Shown here: one piece after another, positions 49,590 to 58,973 of the stretch | Position numbering within the stretch: the first letter of the stretch is position 1 | Layout: each line of letters begins with the position of its first letter | From: Elusimicrobiota bacterium | Lineage (GTDB): Bacteria > Elusimicrobiota > Endomicrobiia > CG1-02-37-114 > JAHJSO01 | Length of the DNA stretch: 64,000 nucleotides | Direction: 5' to 3' | Assembly: GCA_043826435.1 (NCBI GenBank) | Contig: JBDRQF010000011.1 | Span: forward strand, 1 to 64,000 | Notes under the pieces: generated by a model | What the model saw: the letters and a program-made list of their open reading frames with translations, nothing else | What the model was told of the DNA's origin: nothing | Databases searched by the model: none | Position numbers and translations under genes: made by a program

Positions 49590-50243
49590 TTATTTATTTC
49601 CCCTGTCCGGGTAAGGTCTGTCCGTAATGCCCTTATCGCACACGAGTTCCGAAACCTTTCCGCACACACGCGCCGGGTTTCCGTACGCGACCGAACCGGC
49701 GGGTATGTTCTTTGTCACAACGCTCCCTGCGCCGACCAGGCAGTTCTTTCCGATAACGACAAAAGGCAGAATAGTTGAATTCACTCCTATGCGGGCGCCC
49801 TTTTTTATTGTCGGCCCACGCATGCACTTCTTTGAAAAACTGCAGCCGGGGTGCGGGTCGTTTGCAATAGTTACTCCGGGCGCAAGGAACACGCCGTCCT
49901 CCAACGCCGTGTATTGCGCCACATAGACGTTTGAATGGACCTTAACGTTATTGCCTATCGTGCACCCGTAATCAATTACCGAGTTATTCCAGATGTTAAA
50001 ATTGTCGCCAATCTTATTTTCTTCCCGTATTACCGCGTTGTGGCCTGTTTCAAGGCCGTCACCTATTGTCGTATTGCCGTAAATCACCGCGCCTGAACGG
50101 ACAATCGCTCCCCTGCCTATCCCGAGGCGCCCTGCAGATTTTTTTCTCGGGGAAGCCATACCGAGTATTGCTGTCCTGTGGATTTTGCACCCTTTACCGA
50201 GAGATACGTTTCCGTTTTTAACTGAAATTTTACTCTTTGACAT
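49590..50243 (-). CDS. Hexapeptide-repeat sugar N-acetyltransferase (WbpD/WlbB-like)
   Basis: Left-handed beta-helix repeats; ANDPHP, VGAGSVVTK and GNPAR motifs. Confidence 0.9.
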   Translation of the reverse strand: MSKSKISVKNGNVSLGKGCKIHRTAILGMASPRKKSAGRLGIGRGAIVRSGAVIYGNTTIGDGLETGHNAVIREENKIGDNFNIWNNSVIDYGCTIGNNVKVHSNVYVAQYTALEDGVFLAPGVTIANDPHPGCSFSKKCMRGPTIKKGARIGVNSTILPFVVIGKNCLVGAGSVVTKNIPAGSVAYGNPARVCGKVSELVCDKGITDRPYPDRGNK

Positions 50244-50280
50244 TTTTCCGGGTAACCTCCTGCTGTCGTGCCTGCGTGCG

Positions 50281-51540
50281 TCATTTCAAAATTTTATCTT
50301 TTATACCCATCAGCCCGTAAACGGCGAAAAACATTATATATGGTTCAATGGGGAGACGGTACCTTGCGACTGAAGTGATAACGTTGTGCATTACGGTGAA
50401 ATACACGAACAGGACCGTAACCGGGAGATAGTCCAGCCGGTATTGTTTTGACTTTATAAAACCGAAGCACGCCATCGCCAGCCATACAAAATGAAACAGA
50501 TACATTGCAATGCCGATTTTTTTTGACCTTTCTGCGACGAGCGACTGTCCCACGGGCTGGAACCAGAACCTGACAAATTTTTTAACCGTAAGTTTCATAA
50601 AACCGGACGGGTTTTCTCTGATGTTCCTTATCCCTTCACGGAACATCTCCTTCTCACCGTCAACGGGATTTTTTATTTTTCCGAACCTTTCCCAAAAATA
50701 GGGATCCCTGTCGGTTATGGCGAGGCCGTCCCACGGGAGGTAAGTGCCTGCCCAGAACAGTTCTCCCGCGCTTGTATTGACGAGGAGGAACCTGTCAAAC
50801 GTACGGTAGTTCCGGAGCGTCCACGGGAGGACAGGCAGTAAACTTATAAGAATAAACAGCACTAATTCAACGGTCCGCTTCCGGAACGTTTCTTTGGCAG
50901 GCATCACAAGAAAGATTGCTGCTGCCAGAAAGAAAGGATAAAATATCGCCGTTGACCTGCACAGGTTTGATACACCTAACACAAAGCCGCCGCATAAGAG
51001 AATAAACCTGTCCCGGTACTTGAGGCCTGTGAGAATACAATACACCCAGACCGACATCAGAAAGATATAAAGCGTTTCAGTCCCGATTATGTGCGTATAT
51101 ACGACCAGCGGCGGATAAACCGCAAGCAGGAGTGCCGTTATGACAGGTATGTCCATGCCGAGGGCCGGAAGCATGGTGCCGTCGTGTCCTGCCGTATGAC
51201 TCCCGTCCGTTTTTTTGGCGCCCAGAATTCCCCTTGATATTAAATAAAGTACAACTACGGTGGCTGAGCCGGCAACTGCCTGAAATATTTTTATGGACAA
51301 AAAATTATGTCCGAAGAGTAAATATAAAAAGGCAAGGATTATGGGATAGACGGGAGCCCTGATTGACGTCGGCGTGCCGTCCGCCTCAAGGAAGCCCCTG
51401 CCGTTCGCCAGGTTGTTCGCCACCGCGTCCCATGAGAGAGTGTCGTCCCAGTGGACGGGCCTCGGAGGCATGACGGCAAGGAATATTAGCCGGACAAAAA
51501 GGGACACCAGAAATATTTTCAATAAAAGGTTGTGTTTCAT
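50281..51540 (-). CDS. ArnT-like (GT-C type) membrane glycosyltransferase
   Basis: WDD...Y/W...A.NL..G.GF, RAPVYP, TETLY, PWTLRNY and ARYRLP motifs. Confidence 0.8.
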   Translation of the reverse strand: MKHNLLLKIFLVSLFVRLIFLAVMPPRPVHWDDTLSWDAVANNLANGRGFLEADGTPTSIRAPVYPIILAFLYLLFGHNFLSIKIFQAVAGSATVVVLYLISRGILGAKKTDGSHTAGHDGTMLPALGMDIPVITALLLAVYPPLVVYTHIIGTETLYIFLMSVWVYCILTGLKYRDRFILLCGGFVLGVSNLCRSTAIFYPFFLAAAIFLVMPAKETFRKRTVELVLFILISLLPVLPWTLRNYRTFDRFLLVNTSAGELFWAGTYLPWDGLAITDRDPYFWERFGKIKNPVDGEKEMFREGIRNIRENPSGFMKLTVKKFVRFWFQPVGQSLVAERSKKIGIAMYLFHFVWLAMACFGFIKSKQYRLDYLPVTVLFVYFTVMHNVITSVARYRLPIEPYIMFFAVYGLMGIKDKILK

Positions 51541-51545
51541 TCTTG

Positions 51546-52982
51546 TTATGCCCCGCCCGACTTTTTAAAAATTTTTACCGATTTAATTAATTGCAAGTTG
51601 AACCTTATCATTTCGCCTGTTTTCATCCTGTACAATTTGAATACGTAGTTGTAAAGATAGATTACGGAGAAAATAGCGTCGTATATAAAGGTGAGCGGCA
51701 GTTTAATCAGAATCTTTATCAACGGGAACAGCCGGGGGAACCGCGCGGCTATCAAAAAAAATTTCTGCAGGTTGACGAGTTGCCTTATATTATCCTGCTT
51801 TATGACGCTCCGTTTCAGATAGAACTCGGGGATACTGTCAAGGTTAAAACCGTCCTCAACAAAACCGTTCCGGATTGCAAAATCCCCTGCCTCGGTCCCG
51901 GGGTATGGGGTAAAAATAGAACACCATGGATATGTTGATTTTATCTTCTGGTTGAGGGTTACCGTCTCATACGCCTCTTCAAGCGTTTCCCCCGGCAGGC
52001 CCACCATGTTGAATGTTTTAAATTCAATACCGTATTTGCGCAGCAGGTCGGCGGTATTGGTAATCTGGTGGTTTGTGATATTTTTCTTTAGCACGTTTTG
52101 TCTTATTAATTCATTTCCGTGTTCAATGCCGAATGATACGGCAAAACAGGAACTCATTTTTAACTCCCTGACAATTTCTTCGGTTACCAGGTTCGCCCTC
52201 AGGTTGCAGTGGAACGGCAGGTTTATGCGTTTGCGGTATAACTCAAGAAACTTAAACAGCCAGGATGTGTTCAGAATAAACGTGTCGTCATGAAAATGGA
52301 CCCGTTCAAGCGGCCGGGTTCCCCTGTATTCTTCTATTTCGTTTACGACGTTCTCCGGGCTCCTGTACCTGACATATTTCCCTTCCTGCAAAGTTGATGC
52401 CGCCCGGTTAAAACAGAAACTGCACTTATACGGGCAGCCCCTTGAGGCGATGAAGAAAGCCATTGTGCTTTTTCTGAAATAGGTATATCTGTCATAGTGC
52501 GAGCGGTCCGGGAACGGCAGGGTGTTAAGATCACCTACAAGAGGCCTTGTATTGTTTGCGATAATCCTGCCGTCTTCTTTTGTTGAAAGGTTTAATATCT
52601 TTTTTATTTCTTTGCGTCCGTCTATGGCGTCAAGCAGTTCCAACGTTGCGAGTTCCCCTTCACCCCTGCAGATTATATCAACCTGCGGTTTTTCCAGTAC
52701 AGGCGGATAAAATGTCGGGTGCGGGCCGCCGAAGACCGTCAATATATTTTTGAACCTCTCCTTTATCGATGCGGATACGTTCAGCGTCCACCTGTGCGCC
52801 CCTGTGATGCAGTAAAAACCAACCACGTCGGGCGAGAAATTTTTAACCTCGTCAATAATTTTGCGGGTGTCGGGCTCAATGATTATCCTGGATTCGTGTC
52901 CCTTTGATTTCACGTAGGACGAAATCCACATCGGGCCCGCCAGGTCAACCCATATATTCTGGACAAAAATTATCCTTGCCAT
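51546..52982 (-). CDS. B12-binding radical SAM enzyme
   Basis: GGPHPTF, GEGE, SRGCPYKCSFC, GIEHG, GLPGET and PYPGT motifs. Confidence 0.92.
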   Translation of the reverse strand: MARIIFVQNIWVDLAGPMWISSYVKSKGHESRIIIEPDTRKIIDEVKNFSPDVVGFYCITGAHRWTLNVSASIKERFKNILTVFGGPHPTFYPPVLEKPQVDIICRGEGELATLELLDAIDGRKEIKKILNLSTKEDGRIIANNTRPLVGDLNTLPFPDRSHYDRYTYFRKSTMAFFIASRGCPYKCSFCFNRAASTLQEGKYVRYRSPENVVNEIEEYRGTRPLERVHFHDDTFILNTSWLFKFLELYRKRINLPFHCNLRANLVTEEIVRELKMSSCFAVSFGIEHGNELIRQNVLKKNITNHQITNTADLLRKYGIEFKTFNMVGLPGETLEEAYETVTLNQKIKSTYPWCSIFTPYPGTEAGDFAIRNGFVEDGFNLDSIPEFYLKRSVIKQDNIRQLVNLQKFFLIAARFPRLFPLIKILIKLPLTFIYDAIFSVIYLYNYVFKLYRMKTGEMIRFNLQLIKSVKIFKKSGGA

Positions 52983-52984
52983 TG

Positions 52985-53665
52985 TTAATCAAAAATCCTG
53001 TATTTTATGAGAGTCCAGATGGCCGCGAGCCCGTCTTTCCAGTTTATCTTCTTCCCCTCCCGGTAAGTCCTCGGGTAATAACTAACAGGCACCTCGTAAA
53101 TCTTGTGACCATTTTTGAGAATTTTCGCAGTAACCTCGGGACAGAATTCAAAGCGGCGGCATTTCAACTCAATTGATTTAAGCGCTGAGATATGAAAAAC
53201 CTTGTAGCAGGTGGCTTCGTCGCTGATGTTTGATTTATATAGGACGTTTGTCAAAAAAGACAAAAACTTCACGCCGTAATGGAATATTAAACTGCGGGTA
53301 GGGGCTTTACCGAGGATACGCGAGCCGTAAACCACCATGGCTTTACCGGAAATAATCGGCTCAATCAGTTTCGGATAGTCGGCAGGGTCGTACTCCATGT
53401 CGGCGTCCTGGACAAGGACTATGTCTCCGGTTACCTCTTTCAGCCCCGTCCTTATGGCGCTTCCCTTGCCCATGTTCCTTTCATGAAAAATTACTTTAAC
53501 CCCGCCGTCAGCAGCGATTTTTTTTAATATTTCTCTGGTAGCATCATCAGAGCCATCGTCCACTATAATTATTTCTTTATCAATCGGGACGGCCCGGACC
53601 CTCTCCAGTAATTTTAATACGGTCTCTTTTTCATTATAAACAGGAATTATTATTGATAGTTTCAT
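52985..53665 (-). CDS. GT2, polyprenyl-phosphate sugar synthase (DPM1-like)
   Basis: IPVYNEK, VDDGSDD, NMGKG, QDADMEYDP, YGSR and EGKKINWKDG motifs. Confidence 0.92.
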   Translation of the reverse strand: MKLSIIIPVYNEKETVLKLLERVRAVPIDKEIIIVDDGSDDATREILKKIAADGGVKVIFHERNMGKGSAIRTGLKEVTGDIVLVQDADMEYDPADYPKLIEPIISGKAMVVYGSRILGKAPTRSLIFHYGVKFLSFLTNVLYKSNISDEATCYKVFHISALKSIELKCRRFEFCPEVTAKILKNGHKIYEVPVSYYPRTYREGKKINWKDGLAAIWTLIKYRIFD

Positions 53666-53726
53666 TCTTGTCAATCAAGACTGTCGGGCTACCCCGTCCG
53701 GCCACCCCGTCGCCGACACTACCCAC

Positions 53727-53764
53727 AATTTGCTTATTTTAGCAAATTATCCGTGTAATTGCAA
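53727..53764 (-). promoter_or_regulatory. Internal sigma70-like promoter with palindrome over the -10 box
   Basis: Minus strand TTGCAA-17 nt-TAAAAT; perfect 8-bp inverted repeat AATTTGCT-N6-AGCAAATT at 53727-53748. Confidence 0.6.
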
Positions 53765-53826
53765 ATTTCAAGGGGCATGCGGGCAGGATTTGGATGTTAC
53801 CGGCTTTAATACAGGGGTTCTTATAT

Positions 53827-55734
53827 TTAGATGGGGCTGATTTTCTTGTCAATAAACACACGGTGCCAGATTTCAAGCACCAGCAACGCCCAAAGACGAT
53901 AGCCGTGGTCCTGTTTCCCCTCTATGTGCTGTTCTATGAGTTTTTTTAATTCGTTTGAGTCAAAGTACCCTCTCTGTAAGGACTCCCTGTCCAGCAGGAT
54001 TTCCCTGATGTAGTCCTTAAGGTTTTCCCTGAACCATTTTCCAACCGGCAACCCGAAGCCCTGTTTTTGACGATTTAATATTTCTTTTGGCAGAATGTAT
54101 CCGAATGTCTTTTTGAGGATGTATTTTGTTGTCAGCCCATGGATTTTCCATTTAGCGGGCAGGGTCGCAGCGAATTCAACTAATTTATGGTCTAAAAAGG
54201 GAGAACGCGCCTCAAGGGAGTTCGCCATTGAAGCGACGTCCATTTTTACAAGAAGGCATTCCGGCAGGTACGTGTTTATGTCGGAGCAGAAAGCCCTGTC
54301 AAGGACACCGTCTGCCGGGGCGTTAAGGAATGCGTTTATGAGATAATCGTAGGCGTTTGCGCCGGCAGTCATCTTTTTCATTCCCCCCGAATATATCCGT
54401 TGTTTCGTTTCATTGTCAAAATAACAGTGCCACAGGAGGTTCCTCATGTGAGGCGGTTCCGCCGCAGCGGACAGGAGGCGGCCTATTTGTTTAAGATAGG
54501 TTGATTTTGACTGCGGGAACATGGAGGCGATTTTTGAGGTGAATTTTTTGCCCGCCAGCGCGAACAAGGATGAAAAATACATAGTCCCTTTCATTGCCTT
54601 GTACCGCAGGTAACCGCCGAAATTTTCATCCCCCCCGTCGCCGTTCAGGGCGACCTTTACGTGTTTGCGCGTTATTTCGGATACGTAGTAAGAGGGCAGA
54701 GCGGATGTGTCTGCAAACGGTTGGTCGTAATGCCAGATGATTTTCGGAAGTATTTCTACGAACTGTGGTTTCACGATAAGTTCATGGTGCTCCGTCTTAA
54801 ACCTGTCCGCCACGAGACGGGCATAGGGCAGTTCCGAGAACGCCTCGTCTTCAAAGCCGATTGAAAATGTTTTTATCGGCGCGCTGGACAGATGACTCAT
54901 AAGCCCTACCACAATACTTGAGTCGTGTCCCCCTGAAAGAAACGCACCCAGGGGCACATCGGATATCATTCGCAGTTTAGTCGCCTCAGTCAGGATTTGC
55001 CTGGTGTAGTTACATGCTTCGGGGAATGTCATGCTGGTTTTCTTTGTAAAATCCAGATGCCAGTATTTCTCAATTTTTTTAATACCTGAGCCGCTGCATA
55101 CCAGATAAGATGCGGGCGGAAGACGGTGTATGTTTTTGAAGATTGTCATTGGTGATGGTATGTATTGATATGTAAGATATAAATCAATTGCAGACAGGTT
55201 AATCTCCGGGGTGGCGCCTTCCATCCCCGCCCCTGCAAGGATGGCTTTTATCTCTGAAGCGAAAATAAACGAGCCGTTTTTTTGTGTCCAGTATAACGGT
55301 TTTTTCCCGAGGCGGTCCCTGGCAATAAAAAGCAGGTCATTTTTTTTATCCCACAGGGCAAAAGCAAACATCCCCCTCATGTGCAGGACGCAGTTGTGAC
55401 CGTACTCTTCGTATAAATGAACAATTGTTTCTGTATCTGATTTTGTATGGAATTTGTGATTTTTTTTCTCAAGTTCCTCTCTCAGTTCCTGAAAATTGTA
55501 TATTTCCCCGTTTAAAATTACAGAGATACTTTTATCTTCATTGAATATCGGCTGATTCCCCGTCTGCAAGTCAATTATGGAAAGACGTCTCATCCCGAAG
55601 CCAAAGTTTTTTTCTGTGTAAATTCCCTTGTCATCAGGACCCCTGTGCTTTATTATATTGCACATTTTCTCAATAGTGCCTGATTCAACAGGTTTCTTAT
55701 TCCCGAAATTATATATACCGCATATCCCGCACAT
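53827..55734 (-). CDS. asnB: Asparagine synthase (glutamine-hydrolysing) family amidotransferase
   Basis: MCGICG, HRGPDD, RLSIID, NGEIYNF, FLSGG.DSS, GDGGDE.FGGY and LEARSPFLD motifs; probably a glycan amidotransferase given its context. Confidence 0.93.
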   Translation of the reverse strand: MCGICGIYNFGNKKPVESGTIEKMCNIIKHRGPDDKGIYTEKNFGFGMRRLSIIDLQTGNQPIFNEDKSISVILNGEIYNFQELREELEKKNHKFHTKSDTETIVHLYEEYGHNCVLHMRGMFAFALWDKKNDLLFIARDRLGKKPLYWTQKNGSFIFASEIKAILAGAGMEGATPEINLSAIDLYLTYQYIPSPMTIFKNIHRLPPASYLVCSGSGIKKIEKYWHLDFTKKTSMTFPEACNYTRQILTEATKLRMISDVPLGAFLSGGHDSSIVVGLMSHLSSAPIKTFSIGFEDEAFSELPYARLVADRFKTEHHELIVKPQFVEILPKIIWHYDQPFADTSALPSYYVSEITRKHVKVALNGDGGDENFGGYLRYKAMKGTMYFSSLFALAGKKFTSKIASMFPQSKSTYLKQIGRLLSAAAEPPHMRNLLWHCYFDNETKQRIYSGGMKKMTAGANAYDYLINAFLNAPADGVLDRAFCSDINTYLPECLLVKMDVASMANSLEARSPFLDHKLVEFAATLPAKWKIHGLTTKYILKKTFGYILPKEILNRQKQGFGLPVGKWFRENLKDYIREILLDRESLQRGYFDSNELKKLIEQHIEGKQDHGYRLWALLVLEIWHRVFIDKKISPI

Positions 55735-56949
55735 CTATGTGTTTGTCCCCCCTGATTTTTCTATGGCAGACACATACAGCCGCTCAAATTTTTCAGCGGA
55801 CAGCTGCCATGTGTAGTTTTTCAACACCATATCCCGTCCCGCGGCAGAAATCCTTCCGGCTAACGCTCTGTCTTTTAGCAATTGAATAATTTTATTTGCA
55901 AAACTTTGTGGCTCGGACGAGCCATCAGCAGCGATTAAAATATTTTCACCATCTTTTGTTTCGTTTATCCCGTCGCATGCAATTTGGGTTGCAACAACAG
56001 GCCTGGCGAGGGCCATCGCCTCCAGTATTTTATATTTAATCCCTGTGCCTGTTCTCATCGGACATATATTTACAGACGCCCTGCTCATCCACTCCCTGAT
56101 GTCCCCTACCTCACCTGTTACGATGCAGTTTTTGTCAGCCGAGAGTGAGGTTATTTCTTTTGATGGATTTTTGCCGACGATATAAAATTTTAATTCAGGA
56201 AATTCCTTTAACACCAGAGGATATATTTCTCTATAGAAATAAAGTACCGCATCCACATTGGGGAAGAAGTTCATAACCCCGCGAAAAATCACAGATGGGT
56301 AGTCCTCATCGTATGATATCGGTTTAAAATATTCAGGGTCAATCCCGACAGGAATAACCTCAATATCGGAATTCTTACCCAGCCAGTCCCGGTCAACCGC
56401 CGACACAACGGCCGTTTTCCGGGTTTTTGAAGAAACATAATTTTCCCACCGTTTCATCTTTTTGTATTGAGAAATCAGGTAAAATTTTTTCAGCAAATTT
56501 TTTTCTTTCCCGGCATTTCTTAAAAAATGCAGGGACATAGCGTCGTGCGGGTAATATACTACCGACAGTCCTTTTAATGCCCTGACATATATTGAAGTAT
56601 TGACGAAATGCAGGTGGGCGATATCAAATTTTGTTCCGGAGATAACCTCCGAAATCTTTTCTGTCAGTTCCCTTGAATAAAACTGAAGGACAGAAAACGG
56701 TTCTTTTTCAAAGATAAGATTTTTGAGTCGCCGAATCGCTAATTTCGGAATAGTATGAATAACTGTAATAATCCTGCTGCAGTATTTTTTCAGTTCGGGG
56801 ACATATTTTTCTTCTTCAGACGATTCAATTAAAGATGCCAGGACAATAGTGTGTTTTTTAGAGAGTTCTCTTATTAGATTGTAGGCGGACATCTTTATGC
56901 CTTCATTAACCGGGAAAGGAAAAGTGTGGGTTATAAAAAGTATGTCCAT
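55735..56949 (-). CDS. GT4 family glycosyltransferase
   Basis: FPFP, F.G.M.F.PNVDA and G.GIKYKILEAMA motifs; start MDILF at 56949. Confidence 0.9.
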   Translation of the reverse strand: MDILFITHTFPFPVNEGIKMSAYNLIRELSKKHTIVLASLIESSEEEKYVPELKKYCSRIITVIHTIPKLAIRRLKNLIFEKEPFSVLQFYSRELTEKISEVISGTKFDIAHLHFVNTSIYVRALKGLSVVYYPHDAMSLHFLRNAGKEKNLLKKFYLISQYKKMKRWENYVSSKTRKTAVVSAVDRDWLGKNSDIEVIPVGIDPEYFKPISYDEDYPSVIFRGVMNFFPNVDAVLYFYREIYPLVLKEFPELKFYIVGKNPSKEITSLSADKNCIVTGEVGDIREWMSRASVNICPMRTGTGIKYKILEAMALARPVVATQIACDGINETKDGENILIAADGSSEPQSFANKIIQLLKDRALAGRISAAGRDMVLKNYTWQLSAEKFERLYVSAIEKSGGTNT

Positions 56950-56962
56950 CGGGTAATTATGT

Positions 56963-57037
56963 GTCATTGCGAGGGGCGAAGCCCCGAAGCAATCTCATTT
57001 TATGATAATGTCATTGCGAGGCGCAGCTGAAGCAATC
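56963..57037. repeat. Two tandem left halves of the GTCATTGCGAG...GAAGCAATC element
   Basis: 56963-56996 GTCATTGCGAGGGGCGAAGCCCCGAAGCAATCTC and 57010-57037 GTCATTGCGAGGCGCAGCTGAAGCAATC. Confidence 0.85.
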
Positions 57038-58107
57038 CCAATAACAGCACTGCTCATCAGCCGGTTTCGGTCGCAGTGTGATTTTTCTGTTTCCACCGAG
57101 ATGCCCAGTTCTTCATACAATCGCTCATACTGTTTCCTGACGATAGAATAATCAAAATTTGATGCAATCTGTTTTGCCTTTTCAGAATTTGTTTTGCGGA
57201 GTTGCGGGTCTGACAGATATTTTCTTATGTTTTCTGCGAGTGCTTCCGAGTTGTGATTTGGGTGGAACAATGCACACCCCCTGAACGGCTCAAATGTGCC
57301 ATAATCAGGAACACACAGAGGCACACCCGCAGAGGCGGACTCATATACAGCGCTCCCCATTGCTTCGCCATCCTCGTCGGATGAGTTAATATAGATTGTT
57401 GATGCATCAAAAGCAGAAGCGAGCCCGGCGGCGTCAAGGTGCCCGGTAAAAATTATATTCCTGCCGGAAACCAGGGAGTCCAGCACCGCCTGTCCGATTT
57501 TAAATCCCCCGTACACCCCTTTTGCCGTAAGTTTGTCTTTATAGCCGGCGATTATCAGTTTTATTTTTGCAATCTGACAGGCACCGATAATGATCTCGGG
57601 GTTTTTATGATAACTCGTTCCGATGGTAAAGGCAAATGGTTCACCGGGGCTGATTCCAAACTTTTTTCTGAAGCCCGCGCCGTTTGTCTCCGGATGTTTT
57701 TTTGAAAAATACTCATAGTCAATGGGTAGCGGTATTACGGCAAGTTTCTCCGGTTTGATTCCCTGCCTGATGTAATTCTGCCTTGCCCAATCGCTCTGCA
57801 CTACAATTCTGTCGTACCTGTTGAAAAGGAAGCGCCGGACGATTACTGCATACCACTTCTGCCCTATGAAATTATTGTGAAAAGTATAAACGGACTTTCT
57901 GGCAAACAGGCAACTCATTTCGGGGAAAGGCAAACCCCTACCGTGCCCGTGGACATCCTGGCCCCAGATTTTTTTAATTACCGTAAAGGATCTTACCCCG
58001 GCTACCGGGACGACTTCCCCTCCTGTAATTTTAGCCGGAAGTCCAAGATAATCGCCCCTCGGTGTTGACGTATAATGCGGGTAAAAAGGCACCACTGCTT
58101 TCATCAT
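56995..58107 (-). CDS. GT4-like glycosyltransferase (divergent), C-terminus running through a repeat
   Basis: YTFH, IFTGHL, E...G..VYESASAGVP (EX7E); tail GIASAAPRND is encoded by the palindromic repeat. Confidence 0.8.
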   Translation of the reverse strand: MMKAVVPFYPHYTSTPRGDYLGLPAKITGGEVVPVAGVRSFTVIKKIWGQDVHGHGRGLPFPEMSCLFARKSVYTFHNNFIGQKWYAVIVRRFLFNRYDRIVVQSDWARQNYIRQGIKPEKLAVIPLPIDYEYFSKKHPETNGAGFRKKFGISPGEPFAFTIGTSYHKNPEIIIGACQIAKIKLIIAGYKDKLTAKGVYGGFKIGQAVLDSLVSGRNIIFTGHLDAAGLASAFDASTIYINSSDEDGEAMGSAVYESASAGVPLCVPDYGTFEPFRGCALFHPNHNSEALAENIRKYLSDPQLRKTNSEKAKQIASNFDYSIVRKQYERLYEELGISVETEKSHCDRNRLMSSAVIGIASAAPRNDIIIK

Positions 58108-58112
58108 AATTT

Positions 58113-58973
58113 TTATCGGTTCCCCTTAAGCATCCGGGTGATTTTCAGCACAGGCATCTTCCACAGTCGCAGGATGGCAGCGAGAATTATCCATGCAATA
58201 ATGCCGTAGTGTTTCCTGTAGTAATACAAGAAACTGTTGTCAAATATCTTTTCTTTTTTTTCTCTGCCAAGTTTATCCATGGACACGCCCCAGTGGTGTA
58301 TGACCTGTGCATCTGCAACAAAAAAAATCTTCCAGCCATGTTTTTTTATTTTATGACACCAGTCAATTTCTTCAAAATACGCAGTAAAATTTTCGTCCAA
58401 CAATCCCACCTGTTGAATAACTTCTTTTCTAACCAGCAGGCAGGCACCACTGACCGAATCAACTTCTCTTGTGTCTTCCCTATTCCAGTCAAAAAGTGTG
58501 CGGTTTTTCTTAACAATATTATTCGGAAATAAAGTATTCAATAGACCGACCTCAAACAGCCCCCATAAAAATGTTGGAAATTTTTCTCCTGACCACTGGT
58601 GTCGTCCTTGCCGGTCAATCAATTTTGGACCACACGCTCTGCAACGCAATTCAGTGTCCATAAAATTGACCATCCTGCCGAGTGCATTATCTAAAATAAC
58701 AGTATCAGGATTTAATAACAACAGATATCTCCCGGTAGAATTTTTTAGTGCCTGATTGTGGGCTTTTGTAAAAAAGAAGTTTTCCTGATTGACAATCAAT
58801 TTCACATCCGGAAATTTTTGTTTAAGCATCTCCGCACTTCCGTCCCCAGATGCATTATCAACCACTATAATTTCGTATTTGATGTTTTTTGTATTTTGAT
58901 AAATGGAAGATAAGCATTCTTCTAAAAATTTTTTTGTATTGTAGTTTACAATTGTAATTGATAAATCAAGCAT
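58113..58973 (-). CDS. GT2 family glycosyltransferase (WbbL/rhamnosyltransferase-like)
   Basis: IVNYNT, VVDNASGD, LLNPDT, VSGACLL and GLLDENF...EEIDWC motifs. Confidence 0.9.
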   Translation of the reverse strand: MLDLSITIVNYNTKKFLEECLSSIYQNTKNIKYEIIVVDNASGDGSAEMLKQKFPDVKLIVNQENFFFTKAHNQALKNSTGRYLLLLNPDTVILDNALGRMVNFMDTELRCRACGPKLIDRQGRHQWSGEKFPTFLWGLFEVGLLNTLFPNNIVKKNRTLFDWNREDTREVDSVSGACLLVRKEVIQQVGLLDENFTAYFEEIDWCHKIKKHGWKIFFVADAQVIHHWGVSMDKLGREKKEKIFDNSFLYYYRKHYGIIAWIILAAILRLWKMPVLKITRMLKGNR

